A DNA stretch of 64,000 bases from positions 37,613-101,612 of the forward strand of contig JBCBUK010000016.1 in the NCBI GenBank assembly GCA_039818205.1, read 5' to 3'. The DNA is from Verrucomicrobiota bacterium. GTDB lineage: Bacteria; Verrucomicrobiota; Verrucomicrobiia; Opitutales; Cerasicoccaceae. Shown one piece after another: positions 47,558 to 57,620 of the stretch (its first letter is position 1; every line of letters starts with the position of its first letter). The notes beneath the pieces are model-generated. The model was not told the DNA's origin. It saw only the letters and a list, made by a program, of their open reading frames with translations, and ran no database searches. The position numbers and the translations under genes were made by a program.

Positions 47558-48331
47558 TTAGAGTCGGCGTCGGAGCAATAATAGTCCCAGTAAGCTTGTT
47601 CCAATCATCAAACCAAAATGGCCAGGTTCTGGAATCGTAGACAGATTATTGAAAAAAAGCGCATCTGCATCGGTGCCTGTCGTGCTTCCGACATAGAGCT
47701 TAATACTGCTCGGCACACCGGAATAGGTCCCGGTGTCAAAATCGCTCACTCCTCCGCTACGAGTGATTGACCAAACCCCACCGTTCAACGATGTCTGCTC
47801 AACCAAAACGGTGAATAGCGAGTTGTCGCTATAAGTGCTACCAATACTTCCATTCCCAGTGGTAGCGTCATTCACCACGTAATCATCTCCTCCAACATTG
47901 AAGTTGAGCAGGTTACTTGTATCCGCATCGCGAATATCGATTCCCTTGAATCCGTTCCGGAAGTTTACCGCCAAGTCGATCGAGAAGCTCTGCCCAACGC
48001 TCAAACCGCTCGGGTCAATAAAACGAAACGCGGTCGATTCCTGACCATTGCTACCGGCCATACGAAAGGACAAACCGCCCGTATTGAGATTTGGTGGATT
48101 ACTACTGAGGCTACCGACCGAGGCTACTTCATGGATAATGTCTGCGGTGTCCGCATTCAGAAACCAAAGCCCATAGGCCCCAGGCCCGGTGATTGAACCG
48201 TCGGTTCCGTCAACCCATCCCGATTGATAGGCGGTTGCGCTCGCGTTGTCGGTTCCTAGGTTTGCAGCAAACGACGCGGATGTAAGGGTAACGCAGCCGA
48301 GAGCCAGCGTGAGGTAGTATCGATTATTCAT
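47558..48331 (-). CDS. PEP-CTERM surface protein
   Basis: Signal peptide; C-terminal IPEPGHFG-TM-RRR. Confidence 0.9.
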   Translation of the reverse strand: MNNRYYLTLALGCVTLTSASFAANLGTDNASATAYQSGWVDGTDGSITGPGAYGLWFLNADTADIIHEVASVGSLSSNPPNLNTGGLSFRMAGSNGQESTAFRFIDPSGLSVGQSFSIDLAVNFRNGFKGIDIRDADTSNLLNFNVGGDDYVVNDATTGNGSIGSTYSDNSLFTVLVEQTSLNGGVWSITRSGGVSDFDTGTYSGVPSSIKLYVGSTTGTDADALFFNNLSTIPEPGHFGLMIGTSLLGLLLLRRRL

Positions 48332-48374
48332 TGTTGGATATAGTTGTATAGGATAAATTCACCAGAGGTAGTCT

Positions 48375-49076
48375 TCAGTGAATCTGGAGGCGATTAAAGA
48401 AAAGAGCATTGCTGTCATGCATCCCCTGTTCCCCGGCGTACAAACGCAGACTCCGCGCCTGCCCCTTGTAACTCCCCCGGGCAAGGACACCATGCCGGCC
48501 GCGCTGGAGGATGATCCAGTGTCCCACCGATTCAGTAACCTGAAAGAACTCAAGACAGAAAACGGCTCGCTCATTGAACTCGATGTCGAGCGCCCCATTG
48601 CCGGCAGCCGCCTGGCTGACTTCGTAGGGGCCTGCGCCTCCATTGAGATTAAAGATTGTCTCATTGGCTTCGTCGCGTAGATCGAGACCTTGAAAGCCCA
48701 TTTCACCATTTATTATTACCTCAATCGAAAGGGCTTCTTCTACCGCCAAGCCGCTCGGATCAATGAAACGGAATAGCTCTAGGAAACGACCGTTACGATC
48801 ATGCATTTTGAAAGCTGTGCCATCGGTATCGATATGCTCCGCACGTCGAGAGGTTGCTGAAGAATCAATACCAATATTGTAGCCGTTGCTTAAGGCTCCC
48901 TCATCGAATACCCAGCCGCCGAGTCCGTCGACCTGGGTCGAACCGTCATCCAGGCGGTCGAAACCATCCATATAGGCCGCTTGGCTGGCATCGTCGTAGT
49001 CGGCTCCACAAAGGGCGATCGGTGCGAGGCAAAGCCAGATTAACCTTGATGGCTTTCGTTCAAATTTAGTTTTCAT
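48375..49076 (-). CDS. Secreted paralogue of the adjacent PEP-CTERM protein, lacking the sorting tail
   Basis: Shares D.AS..AY..G, FRFIDPSGL, GF.G.D.RD and ALFFN.L with 47558-48331. Confidence 0.75.
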   Translation of the reverse strand: MKTKFERKPSRLIWLCLAPIALCGADYDDASQAAYMDGFDRLDDGSTQVDGLGGWVFDEGALSNGYNIGIDSSATSRRAEHIDTDGTAFKMHDRNGRFLELFRFIDPSGLAVEEALSIEVIINGEMGFQGLDLRDEANETIFNLNGGAGPYEVSQAAAGNGALDIEFNERAVFCLEFFQVTESVGHWIILQRGRHGVLARGSYKGQARSLRLYAGEQGMHDSNALFFNRLQIH

Positions 49077-49138
49077 CGGAAGGGGCATTTCCAATCTCAG
49101 TTTGTTGAGGATGGGGTCTCAAATCCAGAGTGCCTGCG

Positions 49139-49151
49139 TTAAACAGTTAAC
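49139..49151. promoter_or_regulatory. Operator-like site upstream of the paralogue/PEP-CTERM pair
   Basis: TTAAACAGTTAAC, identical to the copy at 53942-53954. Confidence 0.6.
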
Positions 49152-51310
49152 TATTGCCGTTCATATACAGCGATAATACTGCCATGAACAATGAGCTCGG
49201 GAATCGTGAATGAAATCCGGCCGGACACCTCTGCAAACTCGATACGAGTGGGCGAATGGTAGGCGGGCGTATCCGGTGTCGCATAAAAGACTTCTTTTAC
49301 TGAAACATCATCGGGCAGATTAAATGAAACCTCTAAGTTGTGTGCAGGAGATATCGATGCCGGAGCATCCGACCAATCCGGACGATCTCCAACCCGCAAC
49401 AACTGGAGACACATCGCATTCTTTTCCGGCGCATGAAAAGCCCGTGTAATACTCCCCTCGACAGGGACTCGCAGATCCAGATTTTTCACACCATCGCCAT
49501 GACTATACTCATAAAGCATAGCATCGTGCTTGTAATAGCGCCGGAGAAGATCCGTGTTTGCTGCGCTCATTGCTTGATGATCCGGATAATAGAGTGAGTT
49601 TAACGCGTGCATCGTCGAACTTGCCTCATCGGGTTCACCGGCAACCATGAGGGAGCCACCTCCAGTCATGGTCGCCCCTAGCACTCGTGCCAGTGTCCAC
49701 TTAGGCCAAGATTTATGCGCGGGCTCCATGTCGGCTGGATAGAGTTTCAAGATTACTCGCTGATTGCTGGCGCCATGGTGAAAATAGCAAATATCAACCA
49801 AATCGCTGAGGCGCTTCGCCTGCCAGCGCCAGATCTCAAGGAACAGAAAATCTGTCACCTCGTACATGTTCTGGACTCCAAACTCGTTGACGCTGTTAAA
49901 CGAAACCAACCCGTGCGGTTTGACCTCGCGTGTCATTGACACGACGTCTGAAACAAATCCCTGCAAAACCTCTGCCAACGGCTCTTCGCTAAGCCGGCTG
50001 TTCTTCGCATAGAAGCGTGCATCCGCCGGATCGCCATAGGTATCGATCTCAAAGCCGTCGAAGGCCACCAGGTCATCGTGGTTTTCTTCGAGGGTACGTC
50101 GGAGCTCATCCATGATGTAGGTGCGCCACTCGGCTCCCTCCGAGATATTCATCAGCCAAAACCACTTAGGCTTCCCGCGCTTGTCGGCATCCTCCTCAGC
50201 CATGATCTCGCCGTTGAACACCTTCGGTCGCCCATCCGCATCGGTCATCGGGTCAGTAATCTGCCGGTAGATACTTTCCGATGCCGCGTAAGCCGAAATA
50301 TACGCTAGCGCGAGTATACCCTTCCGTTGGCAGGCTTCGATTTTGGCTTTAACATCAAGACCATTAATCGGAACACCGAAGGGTTCAAAGCTATATTGAG
50401 ATTGGTTCGGCGCATACTTACCGTGGGCTGGAAAGTAGTCATAGAACTCCACTGCATTTACATAGAGATCCGCCAGCATCGTAGCCTTTGCATCGTAGTC
50501 TTTGGAGTCATCAGGATAGCTCGCGAAAAACCCATACCGTAGGTCATCAGCGGGACGATCGGTGACCGATAAGATGATTGTCTCCGTCGCCAAGGATCTA
50601 CCCGATCCAACCAACTCTACCTCGACGATATAACCGCCCGTCGCCTCCATCGGCGGAAGCAAAATCTGGTTCAGACCGTTCTGAGCAAGTATCGATCCTC
50701 GATAGACCTGCTCACCCAACGCAGTCAGCACTCTAACCGTTAAACCAAGGTTGGTTAAGCGAGATCCCACATCCACGTTTAACGTATTGGCAACCGACGG
50801 CTCGACCCAAACTCGATCAAGTGAGAGTGCGAGGCGGTCCTTCCGTGTTGATGCCACTACTTGAGTGGATTCGGTCCTTAAAGGGTCGAGGTCCGATAGG
50901 CTAAGAACGGAGTTGTTCCCGCTACGGGCATCAACGCTCGGATCTGGCATCCAAATCATCTCTCCGTTCTTCGTTCTAAGAACGAATTGGTATTCAAAGG
51001 TAGGCGAAGGTGTGTCAATAAACGCATACCGTACCCCGGACGGAGCCTGTCTCATCAAAAAACGAGGGTTGTTGACGACCCCATCATCATTGTTCGCCCA
51101 GCTATTAAACGAGCCTGCAAGGTAAACCGCCTCGACTTCCTCGTCGTCTAGGTTGCTGAATCGAAACAAAACACCGGAGGCATCTCGCAACGGTGGGCCA
51201 GCTTTTCTCAATGCAAAATCAAACTCTTTGTCGGAAACAGAGAGCTCATCGGCAGACAGGACATTTGCCGACAAAATGACGGTGAGAGCGATTAACTGAC
51301 GGAGAGACAT
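49151..51310 (-). CDS. Secreted GH66 (dextranase/CITase-like) enzyme with an N-terminal CBM48-like domain
   Basis: VYLAGSFNSW...YQFV...W.PDP (CBM48-like); LRYGFF, VEFYDY, FDGFEIDTYG and LEIW GH66-type motifs. Signal peptide begins at the ATG at 51310. Confidence 0.7.
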   Translation of the reverse strand: MSLRQLIALTVILSANVLSADELSVSDKEFDFALRKAGPPLRDASGVLFRFSNLDDEEVEAVYLAGSFNSWANNDDGVVNNPRFLMRQAPSGVRYAFIDTPSPTFEYQFVLRTKNGEMIWMPDPSVDARSGNNSVLSLSDLDPLRTESTQVVASTRKDRLALSLDRVWVEPSVANTLNVDVGSRLTNLGLTVRVLTALGEQVYRGSILAQNGLNQILLPPMEATGGYIVEVELVGSGRSLATETIILSVTDRPADDLRYGFFASYPDDSKDYDAKATMLADLYVNAVEFYDYFPAHGKYAPNQSQYSFEPFGVPINGLDVKAKIEACQRKGILALAYISAYAASESIYRQITDPMTDADGRPKVFNGEIMAEEDADKRGKPKWFWLMNISEGAEWRTYIMDELRRTLEENHDDLVAFDGFEIDTYGDPADARFYAKNSRLSEEPLAEVLQGFVSDVVSMTREVKPHGLVSFNSVNEFGVQNMYEVTDFLFLEIWRWQAKRLSDLVDICYFHHGASNQRVILKLYPADMEPAHKSWPKWTLARVLGATMTGGGSLMVAGEPDEASSTMHALNSLYYPDHQAMSAANTDLLRRYYKHDAMLYEYSHGDGVKNLDLRVPVEGSITRAFHAPEKNAMCLQLLRVGDRPDWSDAPASISPAHNLEVSFNLPDDVSVKEVFYATPDTPAYHSPTRIEFAEVSGRISFTIPELIVHGSIIAVYERQ

Positions 51311-51363
51311 CAAAGGGGCGTGAAAATTAAATATCATTTGAGCGGGCAATATTCAACCGGGAT

Positions 51364-53913
51364 TCAGCCTAAAAAGCTGAAGCGGATGTTAGATATGTTT
51401 ACGAGATTGTGGCATTCAGCTCCTCCACCAGGCAGAGCGGTGTAGTTTTCATTGCTGGCGAGAAAGCTCATATTCCTTGAGTAGCTATCTTCGAAGATAC
51501 AGAGGGTATAATCTTTGGTGTGATCCAGCTGCACGACCACCGAATTAGACAACTGATACTGAGTCCAACTGCCAGTCTGAGGCATAATCAAGTATCCCAT
51601 CTCGATGCATTCCGAGCTATTGGATCCGATCTCAAGCCTTTTTACCGCACAAGCGATACCGGTATTGATCGGCCCAGCGCCATTGGCGTAGCTCACCTGG
51701 ATCGCATATCTTCCGGAATAGCAAACCCGAATATTTGGCACACGGATCTCGTGTGCTGGCAACCCCCAACCTTCAATGTAGCGTTCGACGAACTCGGCAC
51801 CGTTTAGCACCATCTCAGTGGTGTTCAGAATTATCTGTTGGTTGGGGGCAATGTAACGCCGCCCGCGGGTTGGATGAGAGACAAAGCCCTGCTTCAACGA
51901 CCGAGCGACTACATTGTAGACATAGCCGCGTTTTTCATAATCAGCCGAGTATGGATCTTGCCAGTCATCGGTGTTGTGAACCGTGGTGTAAAGTTTCCCA
52001 TTGCGGTAGATGTCAAACACGAGTCCGTCCGGACACGGATGATTAAACGACAGAGTGAGCAAACCACTCGTGCAACGCACACCGCCGTCGGACGCATCCC
52101 ATTCTGGTTGAGCCGGCGAATAAATCGCTTCGGGACATTGAACATCCACGTTCGTCAATGAACGATCTTCCCTGGTAGAATCCGAAGCTTCCAAATATAC
52201 CTCCCAATGATTCTCATCCTGCAACAAACTGGCCGCTACGGTTTCTCCCGTTACCTGCGACCCGTTTAGTACGATACGCCTCACGGCAGCAGTTCCGGAA
52301 ATAGCAGCCGTGGCTTCCGGAAGATGGAGTGTTATCGTGTGTAAGGTATTTAAACAAGGCGCATTGAACAGCACCACACGTTCAGATCCGGCAAATAGCT
52401 CACGACGCATCCACTGCGTAACGAATGGCGCAATCCGAATGCCTTCTGTTTCCGCATTGAGCCCAAATATGGCATTTTGCACCGAATACAGATAGCCCGC
52501 GACTGACCACAACTGGCGGCGTGAATTAATCACCGGACCTTCTTGCTCCGCCAACTTGATGTAGGCTCTGCCGGAAACAAAATCGAAATTCTCCATGTTC
52601 GAAAGATTCGCTGCTGCTAGATCCATCAATGATTTGACTCCAGCATCAACTACCGAGCTATGCCCTGCCTTTACCCCGGCTTTGATCCAATACGCCGTAA
52701 CGAAGGGCCAGATACCTTGGTTATGGTAGATCGCGACACCTTTTTCCTGAGGCCAAACCACCGCGGGACCATGGAGCCCAGTTGGATAGTTTGCCAATAT
52801 ACGTTGGGTCCGTTCTTCGTTCGCTATATTGAACAAGATAGCCAAACACTGCCCTAATAGGTCAAATCGGGGCAACGCGAGGTCATATTCACCAAACTCA
52901 GACAGCAAATAGGTTCGATACAAGCCAGCATCCTCATCATAGAACTTTTCGTTTATGACAGATTGCAATTGGTCTGCCCAAGACTCGTAACGTTCGGCTT
53001 CAACTGCATGGTTCAACTGACGACCGCAATCTGCTGCCATGCGTAACAGGAACACATTGATGGCATTCACCGACAGCGCCTTTGACATCGCAATAGCCAG
53101 CGTGTCGTGCTCGGTCCATTGAGGATAGGTCTGCTCGCGCCAGTCTAGAAACGACTGCTCGCCTCGGTATAGTCCGCTAGCGGAATCAAATACCAAAACC
53201 CGATCCTGCTCGATCGTATCGCGAAGGATCGGAAAGATCTCTTTGATGAACTCCTGGCGCTCATAGGACGATAAATGAAGCGACGTCTCATAGGCACCAA
53301 GTGCCCAAACTACACGATCCGTGGAAACCGGATAGCTTCCGCCAGATCCGGTGTCCTGCACAATCTGCTGCTGAAAGCCCTCTTGAATTCCGGATTTCAA
53401 GCGAGAGGCTTTGAATCGAAGCGAATCAAGCGCACGGCCAGTATCATGGGAGGCGAGGCCCAAGTCCAAAGCATACGCCAAATCGCGAGTCCAAACGAAG
53501 TTCCATTTCTCTCCGGTCTTGTATGCATTGATTTCGATCGACTCGCCATCTGCATAGTCAGCGTCCTGAATAAACGAAACTGAGTTCTGGTGGGCTTCTT
53601 GAATCGCGAGTGCAAAAAGCCCATCGAAAAGAAGATTGCCTGAGCGGCAACGAGCCTGCATCGGAGTTTCAGTAATCGTGACTTGCTTGTCCTGTGGCAG
53701 ATCGTCGCGAAGATCGCAATCGGTCGTCATCCGATAGGTGCGGGTCCCTTCGGTAGACTCCGATTCAAGTGAGATGCCTTTCGTATGGCTGGGGGATTTT
53801 TGCGGAGCAACGGTCGCAGCAGGGCTGCCATTTTTTAGAATGGGGTTATCCACGGGCAATTTATATTTGGTAAAAGTGTTGTTTCCTGAGTTGGTGCCTG
53901 GATAAGACCTCAA
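51364..53913 (-). CDS. Six-hairpin (alpha/alpha)6 glycosidase (amylo-alpha-1,6-glucosidase/MGH1-like) with a C-terminal CBM-like domain
   Basis: VWTRDLAYA, GEQSFLDWREQTYP, YHNQGIWPFV and QLWSVAGYL motifs; C-terminal YANG beta-sandwich. Start codon uncertain; no clear signal peptide. Confidence 0.7.
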   Translation of the reverse strand: MRSYPGTNSGNNTFTKYKLPVDNPILKNGSPAATVAPQKSPSHTKGISLESESTEGTRTYRMTTDCDLRDDLPQDKQVTITETPMQARCRSGNLLFDGLFALAIQEAHQNSVSFIQDADYADGESIEINAYKTGEKWNFVWTRDLAYALDLGLASHDTGRALDSLRFKASRLKSGIQEGFQQQIVQDTGSGGSYPVSTDRVVWALGAYETSLHLSSYERQEFIKEIFPILRDTIEQDRVLVFDSASGLYRGEQSFLDWREQTYPQWTEHDTLAIAMSKALSVNAINVFLLRMAADCGRQLNHAVEAERYESWADQLQSVINEKFYDEDAGLYRTYLLSEFGEYDLALPRFDLLGQCLAILFNIANEERTQRILANYPTGLHGPAVVWPQEKGVAIYHNQGIWPFVTAYWIKAGVKAGHSSVVDAGVKSLMDLAAANLSNMENFDFVSGRAYIKLAEQEGPVINSRRQLWSVAGYLYSVQNAIFGLNAETEGIRIAPFVTQWMRRELFAGSERVVLFNAPCLNTLHTITLHLPEATAAISGTAAVRRIVLNGSQVTGETVAASLLQDENHWEVYLEASDSTREDRSLTNVDVQCPEAIYSPAQPEWDASDGGVRCTSGLLTLSFNHPCPDGLVFDIYRNGKLYTTVHNTDDWQDPYSADYEKRGYVYNVVARSLKQGFVSHPTRGRRYIAPNQQIILNTTEMVLNGAEFVERYIEGWGLPAHEIRVPNIRVCYSGRYAIQVSYANGAGPINTGIACAVKRLEIGSNSSECIEMGYLIMPQTGSWTQYQLSNSVVVQLDHTKDYTLCIFEDSYSRNMSFLASNENYTALPGGGAECHNLVNISNIRFSFLG

Positions 53914-53954
53914 TTAGACTGTTTAATCAAAATGGCAGCGTTTAAACAGTTAAC
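53914..53954. promoter_or_regulatory. Paired operator-like sites in the LacI / glycosidase divergent promoter
   Basis: TTAGACTGTTTAA (53914-53926) and TTAAACAGTTAAC (53942-53954); the second lies 6 nt before a TTGACA at 53961. Confidence 0.65.
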
Positions 53955-53995
53955 CGGCTGTTGACATTTCGTCGTCTTCTATACAAATAAATATT

Positions 53996-55021
53996 ATGCC
54001 ACCAACGATACGTAGCGTAGCAAAGATCGCTGAAGTATCCCCCGCCACCGTCTCGCTTGCCCTAAGAAACGATCCCCGAATCAGTTCGAAAGTTCGTCAA
54101 AAAGTTCAAGACATTGCCGCGCGCGAAGGATATAGACCAAACCCGATTGTTTCCAAACTCATCGCCCAAGTTCGTGCCAGCAAAACGACGAACTACTTAA
54201 GCACCCTTGCGGTCGTGAACACCGCTGAGGACCTGAAGGACGTCGAGGAGCGGACCGTTCGCTGCTGGGTAGAGGCAAGTGTCGACCGAGCCACTCAACA
54301 AGGCTATACCGTCGACCACTTTGTCCTAGCAAAAGAAGAACTGCGCCCCGATCGCCTATTGGGAATTCTGGACTCTCGTGGAATCGAAGGAATTATCGTA
54401 ACCGGTCCTTTTCGCGACAACATCATCGACGAGAAGTATGATCCAATCTGGCAACACCATGCCGCAGTGATCTTGGGAGAACGCCCGATTAAGCCTTCGC
54501 TATCATGTGTCGTAAACGATCAATACAACACGGTTCGACAAGCCATGGTTGAGGTTCGTCGATTGGGCTACCAGCGGCCCTCGCTGTGCATTCACCCTCA
54601 CATCGACCAACTATTGGAGTATCGACTGACTGGCGGTTTCTTAGTTGAGCAGATGCAGAACCCGAAGAAGTCGGCCGTGCAGCCGCACGGTTTCTCAAGC
54701 TTAGCCAAAGACAAGTTCTTCCAGTGGTTTGATCGCTACCAACCAGATGTCATCATTACTCTCCACACCGAGATCAAAGACTGGCTGGAAGAGAAAGGTG
54801 TCAACGCCCCTAAGGACGTTGGCCTGGTCCATCTAGATCATAAACCCTCGCTAGCTGCTTGGGCCGGGATGAACCAGAACCACGAACATGTCGGCAAAAC
54901 CGCCGTCGATATGCTGGTTGGCAAACTAAACCGAAATGAATTGAGCCTACCACCCTTCCCCGAATGCGTCACGATCATGAGCGACTGGGTTGATGGCCCG
55001 AGTGTTGCCAAACAGAAGTGA
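53996..55021 (+). CDS. LacI-family transcriptional regulator
   Basis: N-terminal HTH TIRSVAKIAEVSPATVSLAL...GYRPN, followed by a sugar-binding-fold C-terminus. Confidence 0.95.
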   Translation: MPPTIRSVAKIAEVSPATVSLALRNDPRISSKVRQKVQDIAAREGYRPNPIVSKLIAQVRASKTTNYLSTLAVVNTAEDLKDVEERTVRCWVEASVDRATQQGYTVDHFVLAKEELRPDRLLGILDSRGIEGIIVTGPFRDNIIDEKYDPIWQHHAAVILGERPIKPSLSCVVNDQYNTVRQAMVEVRRLGYQRPSLCIHPHIDQLLEYRLTGGFLVEQMQNPKKSAVQPHGFSSLAKDKFFQWFDRYQPDVIITLHTEIKDWLEEKGVNAPKDVGLVHLDHKPSLAAWAGMNQNHEHVGKTAVDMLVGKLNRNELSLPPFPECVTIMSDWVDGPSVAKQK

Positions 55022-55065
55022 GCGCTAACGCTCGTGAAGCCAGTTAGGCCTAAAACTTGAGCACG

Positions 55066-55773
55066 CTAGTATTGGTGAGTCGCAGTGACGATGTCTCCCA
55101 TATCTCCATTACCGAATATTTCTTCATTCGGGAGGAACTCAACATGGCCATCCACAAAGCCGATATGGGCCTTGCCTGAATAGCGCGTCGTCGGGCGGTC
55201 AATAAACCAAACACAAAACGAATCATTTGGCGCTTCTTCCTCGTAAACCAAAGCTTTGGATTCTGGCCCGACAACGTAGTTCAGATTCACCGTCCCCAAG
55301 GCCTTTTCGAAACCGCTGGGAGATGAAGAACCCGGCATCAGCTCGCCCTTATTAATCAGAAAGTTGAACGAGTAACTGAAGTTGCGTCCGGATTGTCCGC
55401 CTTCCGATATTTCGTCATCGCCGGGCGCCATGAGCACTTTTTCAGAAGCACCAAGATAACGATCTAGGACGGTATTTTCAATCTCGGCAACGCCATTGCG
55501 GGTTACAAAGAAAAAGTCGGTTGGATCGTCCAGACCCACGTTATCTGCCGCAACCTTGGGGAGATGCCCACTGTGTTCGTTGGCGTACAATCGAGCTGCC
55601 ATACATATTTGGCGAATCTGAGAGGCAGACTCAACGGCGTCCGCGCGGCTCCGTACTTTATCGACGCCGACAATCACTAACGACGCCAGTATCGCAACGA
55701 CAGCGATCGCCGCGACCAATTCAATTAAGGAGAAGCCAGACTGAGGCAAACGGACACGATTGGGGTTCATCAT
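55066..55773 (-). CDS. Prepilin-type N-terminal cleavage/methylation protein with an H-X9-DG-type C-terminal motif
   Basis: GFSLIELVAAIAVVAILASL; C-terminal RYSGKAHIGFVDGHVE. Confidence 0.9.
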   Translation of the reverse strand: MMNPNRVRLPQSGFSLIELVAAIAVVAILASLVIVGVDKVRSRADAVESASQIRQICMAARLYANEHSGHLPKVAADNVGLDDPTDFFFVTRNGVAEIENTVLDRYLGASEKVLMAPGDDEISEGGQSGRNFSYSFNFLINKGELMPGSSSPSGFEKALGTVNLNYVVGPESKALVYEEEAPNDSFCVWFIDRPTTRYSGKAHIGFVDGHVEFLPNEEIFGNGDMGDIVTATHQY

Positions 55774-55818
55774 ATTCTTGGATATCGTATGGAGGTGAGC
55801 GCGTCGAACCGGAATAAG

Positions 55819-55831
55819 TTTAACAGTTAAC
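55819..55831. promoter_or_regulatory. Operator-like site upstream of the pilin-like gene
   Basis: TTTAACAGTTAAC; 1 mismatch to TTAAACAGTTAAC. Confidence 0.6.
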
Positions 55832-55851
55832 TAAATGAAGTGTTGCGTTCC

Positions 55852-56694
55852 TCAGCCCTTGCCACCGGTGGTCGCGATTCCTTCGACAAAGTATCGCTGA
55901 GTGAAGAAAAACAGCACAACAACCGGCAATACAACCAGCGTCGAAGCCGCCATTAAGTAGTGCCAATCGGTTCCGCCCCCCTTGCTTTGGTAGGCCTGAA
56001 GGCCAAGTGCGAGGGTGAAATCCGATTGATCTGTGAGGTATATCAAAGGCCCGAGAAAGTCATTCCAGGTCGCCATGAACTGAAACAAAGCAACGACAAT
56101 TAGGGCAGGTTTTGCCAGTGGAAGAATCACCCGCCAAAATATCTGCAGCTCACTCGCTCCATCGATGCGAGCCGCTTCTTCTAAGTCCTTTGGTAGCGTT
56201 AAGAAGAACTGGCGCAGCAAAAATACATTGAATGCGCCGGCAAAGAAACTCGGGACCCAGAGCGGCTTGTAGCTTCCAATCCAACCAATCTCACGGAACA
56301 ACGTGTACAGCGGAACCATAATGACCGGAAACGGGATCATCATCGTTGCCAGAACCAGGACAAACACCTTGTCCCGCCCAGGCCATTGAATTCGGGAGAA
56401 ACCATAGGCCGCCAATGAACTGCTCACCACGCTTCCGACAACCGTCATCACACAGAGGTAGAGCGTATTTGCCGTGTAGCGCCAAAACAACTTCATCTCG
56501 TCGACCGCCTGCGGATAGTTATCCCATTGAATTTCGGTGGGAAGCCAGCGTGGCGGTAGGGACATTGTTTCGTTGAGCGGTTTCAACGAGGTCGATACCA
56601 TCCATGCGAACGGCGCAACAAACACCAGCGCACCAAGTATCAGTAGAACATAGATGCAAGCCCGCTGGATCAGTTTGGCATTCTTGGAGATCAT
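55852..56694 (-). CDS. Carbohydrate ABC transporter permease (MalG-type)
   Basis: EEAARIDGAS (EAA loop) and WNDFLGPL. Confidence 0.95.
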   Translation of the reverse strand: MISKNAKLIQRACIYVLLILGALVFVAPFAWMVSTSLKPLNETMSLPPRWLPTEIQWDNYPQAVDEMKLFWRYTANTLYLCVMTVVGSVVSSSLAAYGFSRIQWPGRDKVFVLVLATMMIPFPVIMVPLYTLFREIGWIGSYKPLWVPSFFAGAFNVFLLRQFFLTLPKDLEEAARIDGASELQIFWRVILPLAKPALIVVALFQFMATWNDFLGPLIYLTDQSDFTLALGLQAYQSKGGGTDWHYLMAASTLVVLPVVVLFFFTQRYFVEGIATTGGKG

Positions 56695-57620
56695 TTTGCA
56701 GCGTAGTATACGTGGCGTTCAGAAAGGTAGGTGGCCAATAGGGTAAGACCGAGGACGATAACAAATAGGATCAATGCCACGGCGCATGCATAACCCATGC
56801 TCCACGATTCAAACCCTTTGTTAAAAATGTAGGTGGCACTAAACAACAAGGAGCGCCCGGGCCCTTCCCCTCCGTTGGTCATCACATAGGGTACCGCAAA
56901 TACTTGGAACGAGCCGATCAACGACATGATACCATTAAAATAGATTACCGGAGAAATCACCGGGAGTGTGACATGGACGGTCTTCTGCCAGAAACTGCAA
57001 CCGTCGAGACCGGCAGCTTCATACAAGGTACGCGGAACGTCCTGCAAACCAGCTAGGAATATGACCACCGCGTTGCCAACGCCCCACATGCTCGCGAGAA
57101 CCAATCCAGCCTTTGCGTAAGCCGGATTCGCCAGCCAATTCGGTGGCGCAAGGTTTGTACCCGTCATCCAATTGAGAGCATCACAGATCGGCCAAAGCAC
57201 CTGGTTGATCAAACCGACTTGCCCATTCAACATCCATTGCCAAAGGACCCCCATGCAGACCATCGGAACGAGAGACGGTAGAAAATAGATCGTACGAAAG
57301 ATCTTCTTTCCCGTCAGATCAAAATTGAGCAAGACAGCTAGGAAAATCGCGGTGATCAGATTTATCGGAATCGACAGAACCGCGAAATAAAATGTGTTCC
57401 AAAGCGACTGCCAAAAAAGCTGATCCGTAGCAAGGTGCTTATAATTGTCCAATCCGATGAATACTGGATCGGCCAAGACGGAGTAATCAGTTAACGAGAG
57501 GTACGCCGAGCTAACCAGCGGATATAAGGTCAGAAAGATAAATCCGGCAACCCAAGGGCTGATGAACAGAAGCCCCGCAATGATTTTTCGTTTTTCAGAT
57601 CGACTCACTCCTGGTCCCAT
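56691..57620 (-). CDS. Carbohydrate ABC transporter permease (MalF-type)
   Basis: FIGLDNY, FRTIYFLP and LYEAAGLDG motifs. Confidence 0.95.
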   Translation of the reverse strand: MGPGVSRSEKRKIIAGLLFISPWVAGFIFLTLYPLVSSAYLSLTDYSVLADPVFIGLDNYKHLATDQLFWQSLWNTFYFAVLSIPINLITAIFLAVLLNFDLTGKKIFRTIYFLPSLVPMVCMGVLWQWMLNGQVGLINQVLWPICDALNWMTGTNLAPPNWLANPAYAKAGLVLASMWGVGNAVVIFLAGLQDVPRTLYEAAGLDGCSFWQKTVHVTLPVISPVIYFNGIMSLIGSFQVFAVPYVMTNGGEGPGRSLLFSATYIFNKGFESWSMGYACAVALILFVIVLGLTLLATYLSERHVYYAAK

